DNA of 33,568 nucleotides from a virus: the IMG/VR virus record IMGVR_UViG_3300045988_145346, one strand, 5' to 3'. The stretch's first letter is position 1. Each line of letters starts with the position of its first letter. Made by a program: the position numbers and the translations under genes. The notes beneath the pieces are model-generated. The model was given only the letters and a program-made list of their open reading frames with translations. It ran no database searches and was not told the DNA's origin. Below are positions 18,251 through 27,849 of the stretch, piece after piece.

Positions 18251-19404
18251 TTTATTCTCCTTTTAATAATGTCAAACACAGTTGGACTTTCTTTGTCCCA
18301 TAGCGGTGACATGTGATGACCTGTATTGTCCCAAGTTTCATCTATACCTGCTAACACTGAGGTTTTTGTCAAATTGAATAGTTTACTTGTAAACCGTACT
18401 CTGTCACCTAGTTCGTAATCTTTGCCATATACAAATAAATCACTTTCTAAATCGATATCTCCATTTAGCGTGAGCACTTCTTCTTGTTCTGCAAGTTTTT
18501 CAATTCCACGACTTGTTAAAGTTGCTTTATATTGTGAATCTGTCAATGTGATATCTTTTCCACTTCCATCCTGTGTTTGCTTTTGAATATCTCGTGCATC
18601 AACATAAATTTCTTCACGTTCTAAGCCTGCCAGGTTATCATTTAGTTTCACATTTAGTCGTGCAGAACCATCTCCCTCACCAAAAACCCAAGCCATAGTC
18701 GCTTCATCAAAGTTTGATGATTCATAGCTCTCTGATAGTAAATTATCAAAATCAACGTTGAATTCTACAACATCTGATAAATCTTTTCCTTTTACTATTT
18801 CTAGTTTGTTATGAGGATTTTGTAAATTTGTAGCTGTCTCTCTAATACCAATATCATAAGTTGAGCAAAGGGCATCTACTTCATCGCAAACAACACCATA
18901 AGAATTTTGATAATCAACAGTTGACGTTGACAACGTACCAGGAGAAGTAATAGACAAATATTGGATTTTTCGGCTGGCTTGACTTGGATTGACAACCTCA
19001 TTGTTAATATGATCATAGATAATTTGTTCTGGCTTTTTGGTCTGATGATAAATTCTATAAACAATTCTCTTCATTGATTTTGCACGTAAGGATTTACCAG
19101 ATATAATAACTTCACCCTTTGTTGAATCATTGCATACTACTCTATCAATATAAAAATAAACATCATTTATATTTAGAATATTATCTGAAATAAAAAGCGA
19201 GAAAAGAATATCTTTTCTACGCTGTATTTCCTCACTATTATTAAAAATTATTTTTTGAACATCTTCGAGTAATATTTTTAGTGAAAACTGGGAATAAGTA
19301 TAGTATCTCCAGTTAACTGTTAATGACTCAAAAATATCTAAGATACCAGCAGATTTAAAATTAAAACCACTAGTTCCTACTCGCTTAAATACTTCAATAT
19401 CCAT
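18247..19404 (-). CDS. Tail-associated lysin-less Tal (baseplate hub; short p2-ORF16-like form).
   Basis: 385 aa, immediately downstream of Dit. Confidence 0.5.
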   Translation of the reverse strand: MDIEVFKRVGTSGFNFKSAGILDIFESLTVNWRYYTYSQFSLKILLEDVQKIIFNNSEEIQRRKDILFSLFISDNILNINDVYFYIDRVVCNDSTKGEVIISGKSLRAKSMKRIVYRIYHQTKKPEQIIYDHINNEVVNPSQASRKIQYLSITSPGTLSTSTVDYQNSYGVVCDEVDALCSTYDIGIRETATNLQNPHNKLEIVKGKDLSDVVEFNVDFDNLLSESYESSNFDEATMAWVFGEGDGSARLNVKLNDNLAGLEREEIYVDARDIQKQTQDGSGKDITLTDSQYKATLTSRGIEKLAEQEEVLTLNGDIDLESDLFVYGKDYELGDRVRFTSKLFNLTKTSVLAGIDETWDNTGHHMSPLWDKESPTVFDIIKRRIK

Positions 19405-19408
19405 ACTC

Positions 19409-20305
19409 TTACACTCCTATAATTAAAGGTGTAAATGAAATGGTTGCAAGAATGCTTTCTTGTCCTTTATCTGCCTGCACAACTAAATTATTCGATTCAA
19501 TATTATCTAATGTGAAAAAAGTAGAACCAGGTGTACGAATACCCATAGCATTCGTTGATTTCGGGTCAGTATCATCTTGATGCCATGATTTCTTTTCCCC
19601 ATTAACTGTAGAAAGGAAAACAGTGGTTCCTGCATCAAAAGTTCCTGTCCATCCAAAATACTCTTGAGTGACTACGTTATAAATTCTTGGATTTTTTACT
19701 ACTGCATTACACAAAATATTAAGTTCAAAGCCAACTTCAAAATCTCCTTTGTTTAATATTTTTACAATCTGTCCTGGAGCAATTGTCGCAAAAGCAAAAT
19801 CTGTTTTAATTGATAACGGAAATTTCAATTTATCATCAAATGATGATAAGGGAATGGATTTATTTCGAACGTTTTCATCTCGCCATTCAGGATCTAATGC
19901 TCTAAATTGAATTGACGATTCAGAAGTTGATGTGCTACTATCTTTACTTCCCTCATAACCTTTTAATGGTTCTACATCAATACTATAAAGATTTTCACCA
20001 ATACGAATATATAAAGTTCCTGCAAGTTCTGGGTTGATAATGGCCATCACTTGATGTTCTTTATCTTTCAAAGACTCGTACGTTTCTTCTTTAATTGCAA
20101 TTCCTACTGTCATATCCCTGTATGACAGCGAACTGGAAGTTTTACGCTGTCCAGATTTTCCAAAAATCTTTTGAGAACTAATTTCATTTTCTGGCGAACC
20201 AAAACCTTCATAGCTAGTTAAATAAAAAGGGCCAAAGCGGTCCAATTTTAATTCAACTCCCAACGTATTTTTATAAGAAATTTCCACATTTGGAAGTGTC
20301 GTCAT
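19409..20305 (-). CDS. Distal tail protein (Dit).
   Basis: 298 aa, immediately downstream of the TMP. Confidence 0.65.
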   Translation of the reverse strand: MTTLPNVEISYKNTLGVELKLDRFGPFYLTSYEGFGSPENEISSQKIFGKSGQRKTSSSLSYRDMTVGIAIKEETYESLKDKEHQVMAIINPELAGTLYIRIGENLYSIDVEPLKGYEGSKDSSTSTSESSIQFRALDPEWRDENVRNKSIPLSSFDDKLKFPLSIKTDFAFATIAPGQIVKILNKGDFEVGFELNILCNAVVKNPRIYNVVTQEYFGWTGTFDAGTTVFLSTVNGEKKSWHQDDTDPKSTNAMGIRTPGSTFFTLDNIESNNLVVQADKGQESILATISFTPLIIGV

Positions 20306-20317
20306 TATTTCTCCTTT

Positions 20318-22429
20318 CTAAAAGTCATAAGCGGCTTTTTGCCATTGTAGTTGTTGTTGTCGTGCAATTTCACGTTCAGAAGGGTTTTCTTTCACAACAA
20401 CAGTCATTGGAGCGTGTATCTCCGTTTTTGATTGTTCTTGATTTAAAGCATCGACTGGAATGTTTCCAGCTATTTTTTGAGCAGCGATAATATTTGAGTT
20501 GCTGCCAATGTTCAATGCAGAATCCCATGAATCGTTATTTAAGATATTAGTATCAATTTCATCAGTAATTGCTGATTGAATTTGTTTTGCTATCCCAGAA
20601 ACATTTTTTTGAACAGCTTTAAAGTTTTCCATCAAACTGTCATTAAATCCACCCATAATAGCTTCACCAGCTGGAATTAGTAGTTTTCTATCATAACTAA
20701 TTGGTCCTTTATGTTCTTTAATCCAATCAGCAATTCCACCTACAAAACTTTTTACATTTTCGAATCCTGATTTGAGGCCACCTAAGAATCCATTTATAAT
20801 CGCAGAACCCGCTTCAATGAGCGAATCAGGTACGAACACTCCAACTATTGCTCTAAGCAGTTCTCCGGCTGCACTTCTTATATCATCTTGACGACTACTT
20901 ATGTTTTTAGCCAAATCTCTTATTAATTCAATACCAGCATCCATCAATCGACCTGATGCTTGGCCAATTCCACGAACCATTGCGTCAACTAAATTCATTG
21001 CAGCATTCACGATATCCGGAATTCTATTGGCGATCCCTTCTAAGAACTTGGTAATCAAATTAACTGCAGCATTGATGATTTTCCCTAAATTATTGGCAAT
21101 TCCATTAACAAAATTTGCAATCAAGGTAGCAGCTGCACTAATGATATCTGGCATTCGAGCGGCTAACGCATTTGTAAATTTAACCATTAAATTTACCGCA
21201 GTGTTGACGATTTTCGGCATATTTTGGGCAATTACTTGAGCGAAATTCAAAATGATATTTAACGCTTGTTGTGATACTTTACTAATATTATTGGCAATTC
21301 CCTGCATGAAGGTCAGCAGAAGATTCATTCCAGCTTGTAGTATTTTTGGTAAATGAGAATTGAGTGCAGTCAACCAAGTCACAATCAATTCTGCTGTATT
21401 TGCAACTAACGAAGGAATTTGAAGTGTGATCCCTTGAAGTAACGCATTGATCAGAGCTGCACCCGATGCGACTATTTGTAAAGCAGAAGCAGTTAATGCC
21501 CCGATAAATGCCACAATAATTGTCGTGGCAGACGTAGCTATTGTGGGAATAAGTAGCAACATAGCTCCTGTAAATGCTGTAATCAATTGCGCTGCCGCTA
21601 GAGTTAGCTGCGGCAATCCTTGTGCTAGGCCTGCCATAAACCCGGCAATCACTTTCAATCCTCCGGAAACAATTCCTGGCAACGCTGCTGCGATTGCTGT
21701 TAAGATTCCCTCTAGAGCAGTACCAAATGTTGAACCGAGCTTGGGAGCATTTTGCGCCATACTTGAAGCTAGTTCTTCAAATGATTGGGAAATCTGACTC
21801 ATTCCGCCTTTTATCCCTTTGTTTTGAAATGCATTAGCAATCATACCAACTACTTTCAGAACTAGTCCAGCTGGTCCTAGCAATGCACTAAAAGCCACTT
21901 GGAGAATTTTTAAACCAGCTGTTGGTAAATCAACTTTTGATTTTAGGTTTGAAAAAGTATCCCCTAATTTATCGAATCCTTTAAATGAACCCGTAATCTT
22001 TTTTTCAATATCCCGAAATGGCTCTAAAGCTGATCCTAATAAATTGCCGATTCCTTCTTTCACATATGGAATGGCCGCTTTGATAAATGTGACGACCGCT
22101 CCAGGAAGAGCCTTTAAAATATTTCCTACCATTGGAATAAAGTTCTTGAATAAGAATGTTGATGTTGTTGACGCCAACGCTTTCAATGGTCCTTGCAAAT
22201 CACGGCCTAGTGATAAGTTCCCCAGAACATTAGACATTGCAGATTTCATTGAATTAAATGACCCACTAAATGTTGTTGATGCTTCTTTCGCAGTTGTGCC
22301 TGTAATGTCCATTTCTGTTTGGATTGCATGAATCGCTTGCGTGATATCTGAGAAGTTTGAAATATCATACTTTTGACCAGTAAGCTTTTGAGCATCAGTC
22401 AAGAGTCGTTGCATTTCTTCTTTTGTACC
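20318..22429 (-). CDS. Tape measure protein, exon 4 (703 codons plus stop).
   Basis: Begins GGTACAAAAGAAGAAATG ([16 protein letters not shown]...). The 14 codons the ORF track places upstream (22430..22471) are the intron 3 terminus. Confidence 0.8.
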   Translation of the reverse strand, partial: GTKEEMQRLLTDAQKLTGQKYDISNFSDITQAIHAIQTEMDITGTTAKEASTTFSGSFNSMKSAMSNVLGNLSLGRDLQGPLKALASTTSTFLFKNFIPMVGNILKALPGAVVTFIKAAIPYVKEGIGNLLGSALEPFRDIEKKITGSFKGFDKLGDTFSNLKSKVDLPTAGLKILQVAFSALLGPAGLVLKVVGMIANAFQNKGIKGGMSQISQSFEELASSMAQNAPKLGSTFGTALEGILTAIAAALPGIVSGGLKVIAGFMAGLAQGLPQLTLAAAQLITAFTGAMLLLIPTIATSATTIIVAFIGALTASALQIVASGAALINALLQGITLQIPSLVANTAELIVTWLTALNSHLPKILQAGMNLLLTFMQGIANNISKVSQQALNIILNFAQVIAQNMPKIVNTAVNLMVKFTNALAARMPDIISAAATLIANFVNGIANNLGKIINAAVNLITKFLEGIANRIPDIVNAAMNLVDAMVRGIGQASGRLMDAGIELIRDLAKNISSRQDDIRSAAGELLRAIVGVFVPDSLIEAGSAIINGFLGGLKSGFENVKSFVGGIADWIKEHKGPISYDRKLLIPAGEAIMGGFNDSLMENFKAVQKNVSGIAKQIQSAITDEIDTNILNNDSWDSALNIGSNSNIIAAQKIAGNIPVDALNQEQSKTEIHAPMTVVVKENPSEREIARQQQLQWQKAAYDF

Positions 22430-23355
22430 CAGTTGTACCCCTTGTTTCCAAGTATTTAAAAGGACTTGCATTTCTGCAAATCCTCAGGGCTTAGACTATA
22501 TCTTTATCAAAATCTTTTTCAAAATACCATTCATAACCTTTGTGTGTTTTTAATTTTTTGTGGCAACATTTAGAAATGCTTGTCACATCGAACCCATCAT
22601 TTTTTGCTAATATCTTTGCCTCGTAAAGTTTTGTTTTTCCTGTTTTTCGTTCATATTGTATGACAGGTTTAGCTGTTTTACTGTTTTCTGCAAACTTTCC
22701 AAAACTTGGATGTTTTTCGCCTCTTGGCATATTATTTCTTAATCCATTAATTTTAGCATGATATAAATTTTCTTTTGATGTTGCCCATTCAAGGTTGTTG
22801 ATATTGTTATTTTGTTTATTGCAATCTATATGGTTAACTTGTGGTTTGTTTTCAGGATTATCTATAAAATGGATAGCTACAAGCCGATGAATAGATAAAA
22901 ATTTTCGCTTGTTATGTTTCCTTAATCCAACTTGTAAATATCCATTATGTTTAAGCGTAGGTTTTATTAGTTGCCCAATTCTTTCATGTACTCCGTCATG
23001 TCTTGTGACACTTCTAACGTTTCCATTGTCGGACACTTGATAATATCCTTCAAAACCTTTAATATCTTTCCAAATTTCCATATTTACCACCGTTCCTTTG
23101 TTACTTATATTTTAACAAAATCTATGGTGGTTTGCAATTATAATTTTGATAGTAGGCGTTTCGAATGTCGTATTAATAGACACCCTACGAGCAAAGCTCT
23201 AGTCGTTGAACCTTCCTCTTTACAGAGGCTTGGCATAGGATTGTCATAGGATTCAGCCCTTAGATGTTCCCTATTAGCACATACTTATTTTTTATTAGTG
23301 TATGCACACCCATTAATAAAATGGTTAACCTACTTTTAATACGGCAATGTAGTTT
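22430..23355 (-). mobile_element. Group I intron 3 in the TMP gene (926 nt) carrying an HNH ORF.
   Basis: The 5' exon TACGGT pairs with the internal guide sequence GCCGTA. The core is homologous to introns 1 and 2 (GGGTGTGCATAC...GACAATCC...AACGACTA...TAGACTATATC). The intron ends on G, 8 nt after a GGGG run. Confidence 0.75.
22491..23081 (-). CDS. Intron-encoded HNH homing endonuclease 3.
   Basis: ...VNHIDCNKQNNNINNLEWATSKEN.... AAAGGAAC ribosome-binding site before the ATG at 23081. Confidence 0.8.
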   Translation of the reverse strand: MEIWKDIKGFEGYYQVSDNGNVRSVTRHDGVHERIGQLIKPTLKHNGYLQVGLRKHNKRKFLSIHRLVAIHFIDNPENKPQVNHIDCNKQNNNINNLEWATSKENLYHAKINGLRNNMPRGEKHPSFGKFAENSKTAKPVIQYERKTGKTKLYEAKILAKNDGFDVTSISKCCHKKLKTHKGYEWYFEKDFDKDIV

Positions 23356-23383
23356 ACCGTACCCCAGTTTCAAGTTATCTAAC
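23356..23383 (-). CDS. TMP mini-exon 3 (28 nt: G TTA GAT AAC TTG AAA CTG GGG TAC GGT, encoding (M)LDNLKLGYG).
   Basis: In-frame continuation between introns 2 and 3. It restores the ...[23 protein letters not shown] motif. Confidence 0.7.
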
Positions 23384-24248
23384 CAAATATACCCCCATTT
23401 TCATGGTATTTAAAAAGACCCACAATGCGTAGGTCTTAGGGTTTAGACTATATCTTCAACTAAATTAAAAACCCAGTTTTTCTTTTTACCTTTAACGTAG
23501 GTTTTTCCATATACAAAATTAGATTTGTTGCATTTGAAATAATTTGCGGTCGAATCTCTTGAATCAAATATGATTTCCTCGTTAGTGACAGTGTTGAAAG
23601 CTCGAACTTTCTTCTTTCTGTTTTCTATTCTGCTATGGTATCCATGACCGTAAGCATTTTCGGAAACGGTGACCCATCTTAAATTGGAAACGTGATTATC
23701 TTGTTTGTTTCCGTTTATATGGTCTATTTGAGGTAGATTATTAGGGTTATCGATAAAATGCTCACCGACTAACCTATGTATATATAGAGGTGTTGTTTTT
23801 CTACCTAACATAACTTGGCAGTATCCGTCTTTTCTAACAGAAACCTTTAACACCCTACCCGTTTTCTTGTTGCGAACTTCACCGTTTTCACTAACCTCAT
23901 AATTTGGTTTATTTTCAATTTCTTTCCACATATTAAAGCCCCCTTTTGATATTTTAATTATAGCATCTTAGGGGTTTAAATACAACTAAACTTACATGTA
24001 CATTTGTTAGTTGGTATGCACTTCCAACAACGTGCTAATAGTTGCCGTACTCGGTGACGAACCGATAGTCGTTGAACCTTCCTCTTTACAGAGGCTTGGC
24101 ACAGGATTGTCATAGCATCAGCCTTAGATTTTCCCTGTCAGCAAAATAATTTCAATAGCCATTTCCTGCTATATTTTTATTTCACACCGCTAGCTAGCGT
24201 TCACATACACTCGTTTGCATAATCACTTATGCAACGGACATTAGATTT
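23384..24248 (-). mobile_element. Group I intron 2 in the TMP gene (865 nt) carrying an HNH ORF.
   Basis: Homologous core and terminus (...GGGGGTATATTTG). The 5' boundary is inferred from reading-frame continuity, and the P1 pairing is weaker. Confidence 0.65.
23443..23931 (-). CDS. Intron-encoded HNH homing endonuclease 2.
   Basis: ...IDHINGNKQDNHVSNLRWVTVSEN.... GGGGG ribosome-binding site. Confidence 0.8.
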   Translation of the reverse strand: MWKEIENKPNYEVSENGEVRNKKTGRVLKVSVRKDGYCQVMLGRKTTPLYIHRLVGEHFIDNPNNLPQIDHINGNKQDNHVSNLRWVTVSENAYGHGYHSRIENRKKKVRAFNTVTNEEIIFDSRDSTANYFKCNKSNFVYGKTYVKGKKKNWVFNLVEDIV

Positions 24249-24325
24249 ATCGTGTAGTTCGATTTAGCAAAACCTTGATAAGCATTTTGAATATCACCAA
24301 CATTTGTACCCATCTTATTTGAGTT
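24249..24325 (-). CDS. TMP mini-exon 2 (77 nt encoding NSNKMGTNVGDIQNAYQGFAKSNYT plus AT).
   Basis: Own translation of the minus strand between the introns. Confidence 0.7.
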
Positions 24326-25239
24326 CCTAGATACCCCCACTTTCGTGGTATTTAAAAAGACCCACATGCAGTAGATCTTTAGGGAGTAGACTATATCATA
24401 TTGGCAAATTCGAAAAGATGACCTTTGTGTATTCCACCGTGATTACAACACCTTGATACTTCTGATTTTGTAAAACCATCTTTGACAGTTTCAACAATGG
24501 CACTGTATCTTTTCGTTTCATTTGTGATAATGTTAGTTGCTATAACTGGTTTTGCTTTTTTACTTTCAGCACCAAATTTACCATAATTGAAATGTTCTTT
24601 ACCGCTTATATGTTTTGTCAACCCATTCTTATAAGCATGTATAACATTATCTTGAACAGTAACCCACTCTAGGTTATCTAAGCTATTATTTAGCTTGTTC
24701 CCGTCTATATGGTTAACTTGTGGCAAGTTATCAGGATTCGGTATGAAATATTCAGCGATTAGTCTGTGGACGTAAAATTGTTTTCTTTTTCTGTTAATCG
24801 AAAAAGTAACCCTGTAATAACCATTAGGCGCAATATCTGGATTTAGCGTTTTGCCTTTCCAAGACCTTGTTCTACCAATTTTATCAGTTACAGTTCTGTC
24901 CTTACTTCTAATCTCTCCATTTGACGATATTTCATAAAATTCTTCGTACCCTTTTATTTTTACCCAGTTCATATTTAATACCCCCATATTTATTCTTTGT
25001 ATGGTTGTATTATATCACAAATTTGTTATTTTTACCAATCGCACCGCTTCGAGTTATGTATCAATAATAACTCTACTTCTAAATAGAATAGTCGTTAAAC
25101 TTTCCACTTTCGTGGCTTAGCACGGGATTGTCTTCGCCTGATAGCGTTAAGAGTTTCCCCGTCAGCACATACTTATTTTTTGTTTGCGTATGCACACCCT
25201 TGATAAGGTTCAATGCGTTTTAATCGGACTGATTAGTTA
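24326..25239 (-). mobile_element. Group I intron 1 in the TMP gene (914 nt) carrying an HNH ORF.
   Basis: The exon end TCGGAT pairs with the internal guide sequence GTCCGA 10 nt into the intron, with a U.G pair at the splice site. The intron ends ...GGGGGTATCTAGG. Confidence 0.75.
24391..24987 (-). CDS. Intron-encoded HNH homing endonuclease 1; the likely start is the ATG at 24972.
   Basis: ...VNHIDGNKLNNSLDNLEWVTVQDN.... Confidence 0.8.
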   Translation of the reverse strand: MGVLNMNWVKIKGYEEFYEISSNGEIRSKDRTVTDKIGRTRSWKGKTLNPDIAPNGYYRVTFSINRKRKQFYVHRLIAEYFIPNPDNLPQVNHIDGNKLNNSLDNLEWVTVQDNVIHAYKNGLTKHISGKEHFNYGKFGAESKKAKPVIATNIITNETKRYSAIVETVKDGFTKSEVSRCCNHGGIHKGHLFEFANMI

Positions 25240-25677
25240 ATCCGACATATCAACAATTGCTTGGTTTGATAAATCTGCGGCCTTAGCTGTATCTCCGTTC
25301 AATGATTTAATCATTGATGCAGAAAAACCTGTTACAGTTTCCATATATGCATTCGCAGACATACCAGCCGTTTTATAACCTTCTGTTGCATATTTTTTTA
25401 CTTTATCTGCATTATCTTTAAATAGAGTTTCGACCCCACCTAATGATTGTTGTAAATCAGCTCCTTCAGAAATTGATGAAGAAATTAATTTACCAAGTGC
25501 TGCTCCTGTTGCTACCACACCAGCTATTGCGGCGACCTTTAAGGCAGAACCAATTTTTAGACCTGCGCTATTTCCTGCCGACTCAGCTTCTGGGTCTAAT
25601 ATCCCAGACATTGAACCTGATATTCCTTTGGCAGATGGCATAATTTGCACATAAGCTTGTCCTAATTCTGTTGCCAT
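25240..25677 (-). CDS. Tape measure protein exon 1 (146 codons, ending ...AIVDMSD).
   Basis: GGAGG ribosome-binding site. A hydrophobic Ala/Gly-rich N-terminus is typical of TMPs. Confidence 0.8.
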
Positions 25678-26075
25678 TAACTTCGTCCTCCTTTTTGAAA
25701 TAGTTGCTGACGATATTTTTCAAAATCCTCACCAGAATGAAATCGGATTTTTCTATCAGTTTTTTCTTTTGGTTTATTGATGATATCGGTAACAAGTTTT
25801 GGCCTGTTCTTACCTTTCTGACCATCTTCTGTTTTAAACCATAAAGACATACTTAAACGGTCTTGAATCCCAGCTAAAAGAAGTGTATTAATTGGAAACT
25901 TTTGTCCACTCATCTTCATTTTTATCCTAGATTCTTCATTCAAACCTATAGAAAAAACAGCTATCTTTAGAGGAGATAGCTGTTTGTAATCGTAAATATG
26001 ATAAATTTCTGCAAGGTCGCACATTAGTGCTTCTTCATCAAACTTTATCATTCTGGCAAGGAGAATTAGTTTTTT
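25677..26075 (-). CDS. Tail assembly chaperone T-part, reached by a -1 frameshift from the G ORF (GT fusion).
   Basis: The frame is open from 26078. The minus-strand slippery heptamer A_AAA_AAC lies at 26069..26075, just before the G-frame stop. Confidence 0.6.
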   Translation of the reverse strand, partial: KKLILLARMIKFDEEALMCDLAEIYHIYDYKQLSPLKIAVFSIGLNEESRIKMKMSGQKFPINTLLLAGIQDRLSMSLWFKTEDGQKGKNRPKLVTDIINKPKEKTDRKIRFHSGEDFEKYRQQLFQKGGRS

Positions 26076-26326
26076 ATTTTATTTTGAGCTGCAAAAATAT
26101 CTTCAAGCGCTTCTCTGATTTTGTCAGTCGAAACAAGACCTTCTTCATCTCGAAGATAGTTTTTTAAATTTTTAGATTGATGTTCTCCCAATAAGAGATT
26201 TAACATTTTTGGTAACAGAAGAGGATTTTCATCAACTTCTGACAAAATTTCTACCAACTCGAAATTATTTAAACGTTCAGTTGTAATTTCATAACGAAAT
26301 CCGGATTTTGTTGTTCCTTTTAACAT
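26066..26326 (-). CDS. Tail assembly chaperone (gpG-like).
   Basis: 86-aa acidic protein between the major tail protein and the TMP. Confidence 0.65.
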   Translation of the reverse strand: MLKGTTKSGFRYEITTERLNNFELVEILSEVDENPLLLPKMLNLLLGEHQSKNLKNYLRDEEGLVSTDKIREALEDIFAAQNKIKN

Positions 26327-26368
26327 ATTTCTCGCTTTCTTTATTTAATATTTACGGGGTCATTAGAG

Positions 26369-26926
26369 TTAAACAGTTGTATCGACTATGTAGTCGTAGT
26401 GAGAGTTGCCAGCTTTATCTGGTAAACCAGTAAGAGTAATCTCAAATCCAACAGCATCAGAGTCGTTATAAGAAATATCTCCAATTTCAGATACTTTCCC
26501 CTGTGGAATTACAATTCGCTTAAATACTCCATCACGTACTGTCATATCAATGACAACCGGATGCTCAATAAGTTCTTTTGAATTAGCCTTAACCGTAATT
26601 CCAGTTTTAAGGGTTCCGGTTACATTGTCAGCCCCGTATACTTCTTTAAGTACTTCAACATTCAAAGCTTCAATCAGCGTATAGCTAAATGTATCTTCTT
26701 TTTCAGTTTGTACTGTAGCAACCGTATCGCCACCCCAAGCTTTGATACTATCAGATTTTGGTGAATTTTTATTTTTTAATCCATCTTCTGAAATATATCC
26801 CAACGGTTTAAAAGCAACATTTAGTGTTGTTTTTGCATCAGTTGGTAAAGCTGTACCTTTTGGCGCTGAGTAAATAGCACCATCAATTTTGGGCTTTGCA
26901 GTAGTTACATTTTCTACTTGTGCCAT
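26369..26926 (-). CDS. Major tail protein.
   Basis: Start MAQVENVT with a GGAGG ribosome-binding site; 185 aa, in the position expected for a major tail protein. Confidence 0.7.
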   Translation of the reverse strand: MAQVENVTTAKPKIDGAIYSAPKGTALPTDAKTTLNVAFKPLGYISEDGLKNKNSPKSDSIKAWGGDTVATVQTEKEDTFSYTLIEALNVEVLKEVYGADNVTGTLKTGITVKANSKELIEHPVVIDMTVRDGVFKRIVIPQGKVSEIGDISYNDSDAVGFEITLTGLPDKAGNSHYDYIVDTTV

Positions 26927-26936
26927 TTTAATCCTC

Positions 26937-27272
26937 CTAATAATGATTAATATCAAATACCGCTTGATAGCGGTATTCTTTAGTTTCTGTGTCAGTAAAG
27001 TTGTAGTCACTGTTCAGTGATACATTGCTAATTTCATTTAGTTCGATTAGCTGTTCTATAACTTCTTTCAATTGTTCATTTAGCTTTGCTGCTTCATACA
27101 TAGAAGGAGCATAGCTCTGAAAAGCAAATGTTGAAGATAAAAGATGATTACTCTTGCTACTACCTGTTTTTTCAAACAAAACATAGCTTAATGGCATCTC
27201 TCCTTTTTTCTCCAAAAAAGACGATACCGATAAATGAGTATCAAGAAAATTTTTAATAATAATCTCAATCAT
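26937..27272 (-). CDS. Tail completion / head-tail joining protein.
   Basis: Position in the operon. Confidence 0.45.
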   Translation of the reverse strand: MIEIIIKNFLDTHLSVSSFLEKKGEMPLSYVLFEKTGSSKSNHLLSSTFAFQSYAPSMYEAAKLNEQLKEVIEQLIELNEISNVSLNSDYNFTDTETKEYRYQAVFDINHY

Positions 27273-27509
27273 TTAACGCACCGCCTTTAAAATTGTATTG
27301 TTTTTCATGTTGTCACGCTTTGCTTGATAAGTTTCGGCAAATACCATCGCATTAGCACGATTTTTACCAACATGCATATCTTGACCATAACCTGGTCCAC
27401 AACGCTGTTTAACAGCAGATGCTTTTTCTTTAAGAATTGCTTGCATTTCCGGTGATTTCATCATACTAGCAACTCCACTACGATTTAATTTGAATAGATT
27501 TTTAGCCAT
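27273..27509 (-). CDS. Head-tail joining protein (78 aa).
   Basis: Position in the operon. Confidence 0.4.
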   Translation of the reverse strand: MAKNLFKLNRSGVASMMKSPEMQAILKEKASAVKQRCGPGYGQDMHVGKNRANAMVFAETYQAKRDNMKNNTILKAVR

Positions 27510-27849
27510 AGTGTTCCACCGTCACTTTCTTGTTCCAATCTAATGGAATAAGTTCCTCGATTCCTTCAAGTGGTTCTCCAAAAGTCCGCCACGTTTTACC
27601 AAAGAATCTAACTTTTTTATTTTCCCAATCATGAGTATCCTTTTTTGGAATAGCTAGAGTATAGATTGCTTTTTTTCCTGTCAAAGTAAGCTGATTAACA
27701 ATATCATCCGATGAGGTTGGGGAAACCAAGACGTTATTGACCACGATTTCCTTATCTTCATAAATTGGGTTTCCAAAAGGGTCTTTTCCTGTTTCTACTT
27801 TGTCAATCAAAGTCACAGCAATTCCCTTAATCATTCCCATAAAAATCAA
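27502..27849 (-). CDS. Head closure / head-tail adaptor protein.
   Basis: Position in the operon. Confidence 0.45.
   Translation of the reverse strand: MIFMGMIKGIAVTLIDKVETGKDPFGNPIYEDKEIVVNNVLVSPTSSDDIVNQLTLTGKKAIYTLAIPKKDTHDWENKKVRFFGKTWRTFGEPLEGIEELIPLDWNKKVTVEHYG

Noticed and set aside
20901-22331. Three plus-strand ORFs (112, 116 and 95 aa) antisense to the TMP exon
   Set aside because: They are antisense to a well-supported long coding region. They are Ala/Ile-rich mirror-frame artefacts.
22430-22471. The first 14 codons of the 717-aa ORF as a genuine N-terminus, which would make a separate TMP-C protein
   Set aside because: The sequence is homologous to the 3' termini of introns 1 and 2. 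Its true role is the intron 3 end, and the exon starts at GGTACAAAAG.
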